This document shows positions 38,541-46,703 of a stretch of 64,000 nucleotides of DNA, piece by piece; position 1 is the first letter of the stretch; each line of letters opens with the position of its first letter. Source of the DNA: a virus (taxonomy: Duplodnaviria > Caudoviricetes). The stretch lies in the IMG/VR virus record IMGVR_UViG_3300021431_000016, positions 1,906-65,905 of that record; one strand, 5' to 3'. The position numbers and the translations under genes were made by a program. The notes beneath the pieces are model-generated. The model was not told the DNA's origin and searched no databases. It saw only the letters and a program-made list of their open reading frames with translations.

Positions 38541-38906
38541 ATGACACAGGAAAGATACAACGAACTTAACGAGGAGTATAAGAATCTCCCCGACACAGAC
38601 GAGGCGTTTGACGAGTGGCGCGAGTCGCTCGGCAAGGAATACGACGAGTGGAACGACTTGGACGTTGAACTTGAGAACTATATAGACTTGAAGATTTTTG
38701 AGTATCATGTTAATATTATAATGGGGCTTGCCGCGATCTATGGTTTTGACGCGAAGAAGATAGACCCGCTCCTGAAAGACGGCGATTTCTTGCGCTTCGC
38801 CCACACGATATTCATTGCAGGCAGTCTTCACATCAAACCAGAAGAATACCACCAGAGAGAAGGGTGGATAGCGGATTTTTTTGAAACGAAAGGAGAGAAA
38901 GAATGA
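38541..38906 (+). CDS. Hypothetical acidic protein
   Basis: ORF in the array. Confidence 0.55.
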   Translation: MTQERYNELNEEYKNLPDTDEAFDEWRESLGKEYDEWNDLDVELENYIDLKIFEYHVNIIMGLAAIYGFDAKKIDPLLKDGDFLRFAHTIFIAGSLHIKPEEYHQREGWIADFFETKGEKE

Positions 38907-39002
38907 CAGCACTATATTGTTTATTGGCATTTGGCGCGGGTTTCTTCTTTGGAATCTTCGCCATTGCTTTAATAGTCTTCTGTGGAGACAAGGAGAGGAG
39001 AG

Positions 39003-39242
39003 ATGGGAAATAAACCAAAGCAGTATGTTGCCCAAGACTTTAATGGTGAATGGGTAAAAGGATGGTACGTAGAGCTCCATATTGCCAACACCGATGACCA
39101 CGACAGGCTGATAGGCTATAAGACTGTGCCGAGTATATTTAACGACGAAGCCGGGGAGCGCACGAAAGGGAGCTACTGGCGCACTATTATACCCAGCACA
39201 TTGAGAGAAGTGCCACAGCAGAAAAGGTTGTTTGAGGAATGA
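39003..39242 (+). CDS. YopX-like small protein
   Basis: GEWVKGWYV..IIPSTL resembles the YopX N-terminal pattern. Confidence 0.45.
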   Translation: MGNKPKQYVAQDFNGEWVKGWYVELHIANTDDHDRLIGYKTVPSIFNDEAGERTKGSYWRTIIPSTLREVPQQKRLFEE

Positions 39243-39820
39243 AGGGCAAGAAGACGGAGCTTTCCGATGAGCAGCGGCGGTGGCTGATGGAGCACTTTGC
39301 CGACACGAAGAATGAGGACTGCGCACGGCGCTGCGGATGCTCCCCACGGACAATCGTGCGCCTTGCCAAGAGCATGGGCCTTGCCAAGAGCCGAGAGTTC
39401 ATGGTGGCGTCGCGGCGCAAAGGACAGGAGTTGGCGGCAATTATGAACCGGGGCGAGGGCAACCGTGGCAAGGAGAACCTGCTGAGACATGGGCCTCGGT
39501 ACCAGTTCCAGAAAGGCATCACATCGCTCCAGCGCATCGGTGAGGAACGAGAACGGGAGCGTGTGAGGAAAGCCCACGAGACGCGCAACAAGACCATAGC
39601 GAGCGAGCGTGTGCGCATCAAGTGGGGCTTCGAGCAGAAGACACGGCTGCGGCTGGTGCGCCAGCCCAAGCAATGGATTTCTTACCGCAACACGATGAAG
39701 CGGCGGGGCTACATCGCCAGCCGTGGATCAAGAGAGATTTACTATAACGAGACCACCAACCGCTCCGCTGCCGTGGAAAACAACGCCACGAAGGCGGGGC
39801 TGATAATTAAAGCACTATGA
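39239..39820 (+). CDS. Basic HTH-containing protein
   Basis: KNEDCARRCGCSPRTIVRLAKSMGL HTH; RYQFQKG minor-groove-like motif. Confidence 0.6.
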   Translation: MKGKKTELSDEQRRWLMEHFADTKNEDCARRCGCSPRTIVRLAKSMGLAKSREFMVASRRKGQELAAIMNRGEGNRGKENLLRHGPRYQFQKGITSLQRIGEERERERVRKAHETRNKTIASERVRIKWGFEQKTRLRLVRQPKQWISYRNTMKRRGYIASRGSREIYYNETTNRSAAVENNATKAGLIIKAL

Positions 39821-40131
39821 GCAAGAGGATTAAAATAGAACATGTCGTTGTACATTGCAAGAAAGTACCGACAATAAGAGACAGAAGCAATGAAGCAGAG
39901 GCGCATGCTATTGTGTTCACGGAACGGCACTACTACCTTTTCGGCTTGTTGCACCGTGATATAAGATATAGCTATACTGCATCAGGTAAAAAAGAGGTTT
40001 TCCATGAGCCGACGAATAGAGCGGAATTTATGTGGAGCCTCACCTATTGGTCCATGAATTATGACGAGGCAAAAGCTCACTTTATTGATTGTGAGAAAAG
40101 TGAATGTGAAACAAAATATTATGAGCTATGA
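39817..40131 (+). CDS. Hypothetical protein
   Basis: Coupled ORF. Confidence 0.5.
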   Translation: MSKRIKIEHVVVHCKKVPTIRDRSNEAEAHAIVFTERHYYLFGLLHRDIRYSYTASGKKEVFHEPTNRAEFMWSLTYWSMNYDEAKAHFIDCEKSECETKYYEL

Positions 40132-41462
40132 GCAGAGAGGAAGACAAATATAACTTCCGCATTGAGACAGAGCATTGCCCTGAGTTTGACGATGCTCTAA
40201 AATGGAAGGGAAACGCCTCACACATAGAGAGCATAAGACAACAAGCGGCAATGCGACATTTAGGGTGTCTGCTTGTGCTGCCTGACGCAGAAATAGGCTC
40301 TAAGGTTCTACAAGAGTGGGAAAGATATGACGGCGTAATAGAATATCAAGAAGAGAAAATAATAACCACAAATCCAATTTTTAAAGCTATGAGAGATGAT
40401 GCATTCAAGATAGCCATAGACGACAGTTCGCCTGTGACTATACAAGACTGGCTTGACTACATCAACGCCAGTAAGTATGACGGCTACATCAAGGAGTTCA
40501 AGACACGGACTGGCGCAATTTACTGCGACACGGAAGACCAATTGGAATACCTTTATGTGGGTGACTACGGTAAGGAGAACAACATCAAAGCAGACTTCCT
40601 TGGGTTTACCAACGAGATAAATTCTGTACCGCACCATGAGGTGGACTTGGCAGAGAAAATGGTTGTGACAATCTCCACGCAGAAAGGTTGCCCCATGAAC
40701 TGTATGTTCTGTGGCTGCCCCAAGGTCCCATTTAGCGGCAACGCATCGTTGGGAGAGCTTGCGGAGGAGGTGGCGAGAGCCATTCAATTCAGCGGCTGCA
40801 AGTACACCAAGCGGTTCAATCTGCACTTGGCACGAATGGGAGAGCCATCATTGAACGCAAAGAACGTGCTTTATTTTCTTAAACACGGATTGAGAAAGAT
40901 GGTTGACAGCATGATGAAAGCCGACACTATCCATCCAGTGTTCACCACCATGTGTCCTAAGATGAGGAAAGAGGCGTTGCGCAACATCCTTGTGGAGTTC
41001 TGCAACATCAAGAACGAGGACTACGACGGAGAGGCAGGGTTGCAGTTGTCTATTAACTCCACCGATGAGAAGCAGAGGAACGAATTGTTCAGAGGCAACT
41101 CAATGTCGCTAGAAGACATTTCGGAGATAGCGAGGCAACTCCCCTTGGCGAAAGGCAGGAAATACACGCTGAACTTCCCTATCACGGACAAGACAATCCT
41201 TGACCCAAAAGAGTTGAGCAGACTTTTTGAGAAAGAGAAATTCATCGTGAAGATTACTCCCATACATGAGACCAACGAGGCAAACGCCAATGGTCTAAGC
41301 ACGGAAGAAGGCTATTACAAGTATGACGTGTACCGAAAGTTTGAGCAGCCTTTATTGGAAGAAGGTTGGGAAGTAATAGTATTCGTTCCGTCAAAGGAAG
41401 AAGATGAAGACCGCATCACTTGCGGCAATGCGTTGTTAAGTTTTAATCAAGATTGGCTATGA
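40128..41462 (+). CDS. Radical SAM enzyme, RlmN/Cfr-like, with an extra N-terminal region
   Basis: ISTQKGCPMNCMFC (CxxxCxxC), RMGEP, LQLSINS, C-terminal RITCGN. Confidence 0.8.
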   Translation: MSREEDKYNFRIETEHCPEFDDALKWKGNASHIESIRQQAAMRHLGCLLVLPDAEIGSKVLQEWERYDGVIEYQEEKIITTNPIFKAMRDDAFKIAIDDSSPVTIQDWLDYINASKYDGYIKEFKTRTGAIYCDTEDQLEYLYVGDYGKENNIKADFLGFTNEINSVPHHEVDLAEKMVVTISTQKGCPMNCMFCGCPKVPFSGNASLGELAEEVARAIQFSGCKYTKRFNLHLARMGEPSLNAKNVLYFLKHGLRKMVDSMMKADTIHPVFTTMCPKMRKEALRNILVEFCNIKNEDYDGEAGLQLSINSTDEKQRNELFRGNSMSLEDISEIARQLPLAKGRKYTLNFPITDKTILDPKELSRLFEKEKFIVKITPIHETNEANANGLSTEEGYYKYDVYRKFEQPLLEEGWEVIVFVPSKEEDEDRITCGNALLSFNQDWL

Positions 41463-41761
41463 GCAGAGAGACGGTATTTAAGGAAGGCGCATGGATTGGA
41501 GGCTATGAGTACTCCGACGAGCGCACACTGAAAGAGGACATCGCGAAGAAAGAGAACGATGTGCTGTGGTACAAGGAGAAGCTGCTGGCCCTTGCGATGG
41601 CGACACCGAAGGACATCACGCCCGACGGTGACGACCCGCTGGAGCATGTGAAGCTGACTTTCGATGAGCTGTGGGATGAGCTTCAAGATGAGCTGTTCCG
41701 CTTGAGTGATATGTACTTGATTGAGATGAACAAAGAACACATTGACAATGGAGAGGATTAG
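41459..41761 (+). CDS. Hypothetical acidic protein
   Basis: Coupled ORF. Confidence 0.55.
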   Translation: MSRETVFKEGAWIGGYEYSDERTLKEDIAKKENDVLWYKEKLLALAMATPKDITPDGDDPLEHVKLTFDELWDELQDELFRLSDMYLIEMNKEHIDNGED

Positions 41762-42260
41762 CCCCTATATGGTTGTAGACCTCGCCAAGATTGGCGAGAT
41801 AGAGAGTGAGATTAAGGAGCTGACGACGATACGCAACAACATGCCGCGTGAGGTGTGGCCGCACATCGAGGAAAAACTTGCCGACAAGAGAGAAGAGCTG
41901 AAAGTTGTGAAAGCCGATGCCCTGCGGAGACAGCAGGCGGCCAAGCGTGCTATGGTGAAGGCTATCCTGGTGTGCGACTATATCACCGATGTTGCGGAGG
42001 AGTTTGCCGACGCGTCGAAGAAGATGACCTACTCGGGCACTGCCGGTGACACCTTCCGTGACATGGTTAAGGCCTGCTCGGACCGCCACGAGATTTGCAT
42101 GCGTGAGTGGAACGAGATTGTGCAGTGCATCGACAGCAAGGGCCGCAAGGTGAGCGACATGTACATTGAGTGGTATGATGAGTTCCGCGAGGAGATAGAC
42201 CCCATAGTGGACAAGTTTATTGAGAAGATCAGGAACACGAAAGGATGGGGAAGGATATAG
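41748..42260 (+). CDS. Hypothetical coiled-coil protein
   Basis: Coupled ORF. Confidence 0.55.
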   Translation: MERISPYMVVDLAKIGEIESEIKELTTIRNNMPREVWPHIEEKLADKREELKVVKADALRRQQAAKRAMVKAILVCDYITDVAEEFADASKKMTYSGTAGDTFRDMVKACSDRHEICMREWNEIVQCIDSKGRKVSDMYIEWYDEFREEIDPIVDKFIEKIRNTKGWGRI

Positions 42261-43237
42261 GGCTGATAGATGTGGACGGCAACAACACACAGAAGAAATG
42301 GGGAGCCACGGTGTTCCCCAATTTAGCACTTGCTAAACTCTCACGTCACCACAAAGAGAGAGGTGACCATGTAGAGTGGTACACGCCGTTCAGCCATTAC
42401 GACATTGTTTACATGGCGAAGGTGTTCACCTTCACTCCCGACTATGGTTATATGACAACCAATGCCGATAAGGTTGTAAAAGGAGGAACTGGCTACGATA
42501 TTCACAGCAGGCTACCTGATGATGTGGATAGGTTGCAGCCCGACTACTCGATATATCCAAGCATAGACAAGGACACCGCTTATGGTTTTCTCACTCGTGG
42601 TTGTCCCAACAAGTGCTTCTGGTGTGTTGTGCCGAAAAAAGAGGGTGTAGTAAAACCTTATATGGACGTGGACGAAATTGCCATTGAGGGGCGAAAGAAC
42701 CTTGTGCTGATGGATAATAATATCCTCGGTGCCGGTGACTATGCGCTTGAGCAATTCGCCAAGATCATAGAGCGTGGCTACCGTGTAGATTTCAACCAGG
42801 CACTTGATGCTCGTCTGGTGGACGAGACGAATGCCGAATTGTTGGCAAAGATGAAATGGATAAACCGCATACGTTTCGGTTGCGACACCCACAAGCAGAT
42901 TGAGGATTGCGAGAGAGCTATCTCGCTTCTCAACGAGCACGGCTACAAGGGAGAAATTTTCCTCTACACCATGATTGGTGGCAGTAACGGATTTGACGAG
43001 TGTTTTGAGCGCATAAACTACTGGCGAGGACGCATGTTAGAGGAAAGGGCGAGGCACGGCAATGTGATGTATGCTTACGCCCAGCCTTACCGAGACCCCG
43101 CCAAAAGCCATCACGAGATACCGATGTGGCAGAAAGACATGGCGCGATGGTGCAACAAGCGGATGATATTCACAACTACTGAGTTCAGAGATTTCTCACC
43201 CCGCAAAGGTTTCCGATGCGAGGAGTATTTTCAATAA
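42245..43237 (+). CDS. Radical SAM enzyme (phage type)
   Basis: LTRGCPNKCFWC (CxxxCxxC), LMDNNIL, DFNQALDAR; N-terminal PNLALAKL..GGTG domain. Confidence 0.85.
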   Translation: MGKDIGLIDVDGNNTQKKWGATVFPNLALAKLSRHHKERGDHVEWYTPFSHYDIVYMAKVFTFTPDYGYMTTNADKVVKGGTGYDIHSRLPDDVDRLQPDYSIYPSIDKDTAYGFLTRGCPNKCFWCVVPKKEGVVKPYMDVDEIAIEGRKNLVLMDNNILGAGDYALEQFAKIIERGYRVDFNQALDARLVDETNAELLAKMKWINRIRFGCDTHKQIEDCERAISLLNEHGYKGEIFLYTMIGGSNGFDECFERINYWRGRMLEERARHGNVMYAYAQPYRDPAKSHHEIPMWQKDMARWCNKRMIFTTTEFRDFSPRKGFRCEEYFQ

Positions 43238-43264
43238 CATTTTAAACGTTTAAATTTTTATTTT

Positions 43265-43726
43265 ATGTTGACATTTTTGACTATTGTAATGGCGGTGGTT
43301 ATCGCCGTCAACGTGTGGCTGATGATTAGCGCAACCAAACGAGAGAAACAACGCAGGAAACTCCTGCAAGAGAGGATGGATGAGTTTGACGAGACCATCG
43401 GAGAACTGACTAACAACCTGGGCAGAGCCAAGGAGCGAGTAAGAGAGGGTCAAAGCCTGCTCGCCTCAATGAAGAAGGACTACCAGAGGCTGCTCGCCGA
43501 GCATGAGGACCTGAAGCTTAGCTACCAGAGGGCGGTGAAAGAGCGTGACGATGTGAAGGAAAAATATAGCGCTCTGCTCATCAAGCGCGCGGATCTGCTT
43601 GCCGAGATTGAGCGGTTGAAAGAAAATCCTGTGGATGGCGGCGAGCCGACTGTGCATGACCAGCCCAGCGAGCCAGCGGGCAAGCCGCTAAAGCCAAAGA
43701 AGGCTACCAGGAAAGTGAGGAAGTGA
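43265..43726 (+). CDS. Membrane-anchored coiled-coil protein
   Basis: N-terminal TM helix, long heptad region, basic tail. Confidence 0.65.
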   Translation: MLTFLTIVMAVVIAVNVWLMISATKREKQRRKLLQERMDEFDETIGELTNNLGRAKERVREGQSLLASMKKDYQRLLAEHEDLKLSYQRAVKERDDVKEKYSALLIKRADLLAEIERLKENPVDGGEPTVHDQPSEPAGKPLKPKKATRKVRK

Positions 43727-43756
43727 AAGTGCTATTCATCACGGTTTTGATTTTTT

Positions 43757-43791
43757 AAAGGGCGACGCCTGAGAAGGTGCCGCCCTTTTTT
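43757..43791 (+). terminator. Intrinsic terminator ending the middle operon
   Basis: AAAGGGCG..CCT-GAGA-AGG..CGCCCTTTTTT. Confidence 0.7.
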
Positions 43792-43803
43792 GTTTGGTAT
43801 AAG

Positions 43804-43847
43804 TTCGTTGGTTGCAAGCAAGTTGTGGCGCTTGTGTGTTAACTTTG
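43804..43847 (+). promoter_or_regulatory. Late promoter, copy 3 (portal operon)
   Basis: TTCGTTGGTTGCA at 43804-43816, N23, TAACTTTG at 43840-43847. Confidence 0.8.
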
Positions 43848-43869
43848 CGGAAATAGAATCTGTACAGAG

Positions 43870-45888
43870 ATGAATACTAAGAGCAAGATTATACCCAAAC
43901 ATCGGCTGGTGTCGGGGCGTGGCGAGCGTAAGCGCCTTGACAGCGTGCGGTGGATAAAGGACCGCAACAGAGCCGAGGACGTGCTGTATCAGGCGAAGCT
44001 GTGCTGGGACGCCCTTGAGGGCTTCCGCCGTGAGCGTGAGCGTTGCCTGCGCTACACCTACGGCGACCAATGGGGCGACAAGATAATGCGCGACAACGAG
44101 TGCATCAGCGAGAAGGAGGAGATAATGAAGCGCGGCGATGTGCCGCTGACGAACAACCTCATCAGACGACTGGTGCGCACAGTGGTGGGTGTGTACCGCA
44201 ACCAGAACAAGATACCCGCCTGCACGGCGGTAGACCGTGACGAACAGTCGCTTGGCGACATGATGAGTGTTGCGCTCCAGGTGAACTGGAAGAACAACGT
44301 CAAGAAAGAGCTCGACGCACGGGGCTTCGAGGAGTACCTCATCAGCGGTTTCGCCTGCCAGAAGGAGCTGTGGGGCTGGCGCAAGGACAGATGGGATGCC
44401 TGGACACGGCAGCCCAACCCCAACAACATATTCTTTGATGCCGCCGCCACCGACCACCGCGGCTGGGACCTGAGCATGATAGGCGAGATGCACGACCTGA
44501 CGTTCAAGCAGGTGTGCAGCTATTTTGCCCACAGCGGGCGCGACTTCGACAAGCTGAGCGCCATCTACGCCAGCCAACGTGACGCGGAGTATTTTCAGAC
44601 CTACGTGGAGCGCGGCAAGGAGCGCAACGAACAGCGCAACCTTGACTTCTTCCTGCCTTATGACAGGAGCCTGTGCCGTGTGATAGAGGTGTGGAGCAAG
44701 GAGACCAAAGCGCGCTACCGTTGCCATGACTGGCTGACAGGCGAGCTGTTCAAGATAGAGCTCAAGGACAAGGCGAAATATGAGGCCATCAACGCCGAGC
44801 GCATAGTGGAAGGCCTCGCCAACGGCATGACAGAGGAAGACATTCCGCTGATTGACATGGAGTGGATGGTGGATGACTTCTGGTACTACCGCTTCATGAG
44901 CCCCGGTGGTGACATCCTCGACGAGGGCGAGAGCGACTTTGACCACGGCGAGCATCCTTACTCGCTCAAGCTCTACCCATTCATCAACGGCGAGATACAC
45001 AGCTTTGTGAGCGACGTGATAGACCAGCAGAGATATGTAAACCGCCTCATCTCGCTTAACGACAAGCTGATACAGTCGAGCGCGAAAGGTGTTCTACTCT
45101 ACCCCATGAGCATGCTGCCACCGGGCAAGAGCATCGAGGATGTGCAGCGCGAATGGACCCGCCCCGACAGTGTGATGTTCTATGACGACTCGGCGATGAC
45201 AGGAGCGCGACCCGAGCAGATTGCCAACAAGCTGACACGTATCGGCACTGAAGAGCTGCTTCAGCTTGAGATTGGGCTGATGGAGGAGATTACGGGCGTG
45301 AACGGCGCGCTGCAAGGCAAGCCGGGTTTCAGCGGGCAGAGCGCAGCGCTCTACGCCCAGCAGACACAGAACTCCACGGCGTCCATCATGGACCTGCTGG
45401 AGAGCTACGATGCCTTCATCATCGATGGGGCGAGCAAGAAGGTGAGCAATATCCAGCAGTACTATGATGAGAAGAAGAAACTCAGCATTGTTGGGCGTCG
45501 CTACGCAATCACCTATGACCCAGAGCTTGTGGGCGGTGTGACCTACGACCTGAACATCACGGAGAACGCCGAGAGTCCCGCCATACGTCAAATCAACAAC
45601 GAGATGATGCTGCAGTTGTTCCAGATGGGCGCCATCAACGTGATGCAGCTGCTCGAATTTGGCAATTTCCCATTCAGCGACCGACTCCTTGAGGCATTGA
45701 AGGCCGACCAGGAGCGAATAGCGCAGGGGCAGGCGCCACAGGGCATCCCCGACGAGGTGCAGCAGCAGATAGCGCAGAGCGGCAACCAGGCCGCGGTACG
45801 GCAGGCCCAATGGGCTATCATGAACCCCGAGAGAGCCGCCTGGCAGAAGGCGCGGGCAGAACAAGGACTTCAAAACGCAATGGCATGA
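43870..45888 (+). CDS. Portal protein (P22/podovirus-like)
   Basis: 672 aa; YTYGDQW, PLTNNLIR, IDQQRYVN, EEITGVN..LQG..SG motifs; Gln-rich C-terminus. Confidence 0.85.
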   Translation: MNTKSKIIPKHRLVSGRGERKRLDSVRWIKDRNRAEDVLYQAKLCWDALEGFRRERERCLRYTYGDQWGDKIMRDNECISEKEEIMKRGDVPLTNNLIRRLVRTVVGVYRNQNKIPACTAVDRDEQSLGDMMSVALQVNWKNNVKKELDARGFEEYLISGFACQKELWGWRKDRWDAWTRQPNPNNIFFDAAATDHRGWDLSMIGEMHDLTFKQVCSYFAHSGRDFDKLSAIYASQRDAEYFQTYVERGKERNEQRNLDFFLPYDRSLCRVIEVWSKETKARYRCHDWLTGELFKIELKDKAKYEAINAERIVEGLANGMTEEDIPLIDMEWMVDDFWYYRFMSPGGDILDEGESDFDHGEHPYSLKLYPFINGEIHSFVSDVIDQQRYVNRLISLNDKLIQSSAKGVLLYPMSMLPPGKSIEDVQREWTRPDSVMFYDDSAMTGARPEQIANKLTRIGTEELLQLEIGLMEEITGVNGALQGKPGFSGQSAALYAQQTQNSTASIMDLLESYDAFIIDGASKKVSNIQQYYDEKKKLSIVGRRYAITYDPELVGGVTYDLNITENAESPAIRQINNEMMLQLFQMGAINVMQLLEFGNFPFSDRLLEALKADQERIAQGQAPQGIPDEVQQQIAQSGNQAAVRQAQWAIMNPERAAWQKARAEQGLQNAMA

Positions 45889-46457
45889 GAAAGATAACGG
45901 TAAAACTGAGTGAGCCTGTGCTGCTGAAGCAATTAGCGAAAACAGCGTACACTATAGGCGAGAATATGGGCGATGACGAGGCGAAGATGCGCCATTTCAT
46001 CCAAGGGGCAACGGATGAGGGGCACCTTGACATCATCCTCGACAGGATGGACGAGGCCTGGGCCGATATCCTCAACACATTGAGCGCCTACACGATAGAG
46101 AACCCACGCTTTCCCTGTGGTGCGCAAGAGGCATGCTGCTGCACGAACTGGAAGACAGGCAGCGAGCAGGAGAACAGCAACGAGGACGAGAATGTGCGCT
46201 ATGAGGTGACGCTATGGTTCCCGAACAACACGTTCCCCGACCTGGGCAACCAGCTCGTGACGCTGATGGGGCGCTACCTGGTGCTCAACGGTAAGGCAGA
46301 GTGGCAGGCCATCACGAGGCAGACGCACAGCATAGGGCGTGGCTACGGCCAGGACTACACCATCAGCGAAGCGAGAGCGGCGAAGCTGCTTCACCAGATA
46401 AAGGTGACTGCGAATATGAGAACAACCAACGCGAGGCTGAAAGGCTTCCAATACTGA
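45885..46457 (+). CDS. Putative head-tail adaptor
   Basis: Coupled to the portal; similar to 13786-14190. Confidence 0.5.
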   Translation: MRKITVKLSEPVLLKQLAKTAYTIGENMGDDEAKMRHFIQGATDEGHLDIILDRMDEAWADILNTLSAYTIENPRFPCGAQEACCCTNWKTGSEQENSNEDENVRYEVTLWFPNNTFPDLGNQLVTLMGRYLVLNGKAEWQAITRQTHSIGRGYGQDYTISEARAAKLLHQIKVTANMRTTNARLKGFQY

Positions 46458-46462
46458 ATACT

Positions 46463-46699
46463 ATGGCGAAGAATAAGGACAAGAACTTACAGAAGGAGAT
46501 TGCGGACCTGATAGATTGGGACGACTTCCGCGACAACATAAAGAAGATAGACAACCCTATCTCGAAAGTTAATGTGTACCTCGGCATACTCCCATATGTG
46601 CTTCCAAAGCTGCAAAGTGTGTCACAGGACATCACCACCACGCAGAAGGACGCCATGGGACAGTTGCTTGAATCGTTGAGCGCGATAGATAAAGACTGA
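46463..46699 (+). CDS. Small protein, possible terminase small subunit
   Basis: ILPYVLPKLQSV motif followed by a short helical tail; position in a late operon. Confidence 0.4.
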   Translation: MAKNKDKNLQKEIADLIDWDDFRDNIKKIDNPISKVNVYLGILPYVLPKLQSVSQDITTTQKDAMGQLLESLSAIDKD

Positions 46700-46703
46700 T
46701 GTC

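Noticed and set aside
38406-39353. 315-aa minus-strand ORF across several accessory genes
   Set aside because: Overlaps four coupled plus-strand ORFs and has no recognisable motif
43732-45873. Long minus-strand ORFs (422 aa and 259 aa) opposite the portal gene
   Set aside because: Antisense shadows caused by the codon bias of the portal gene; no motifs, leader or promoter
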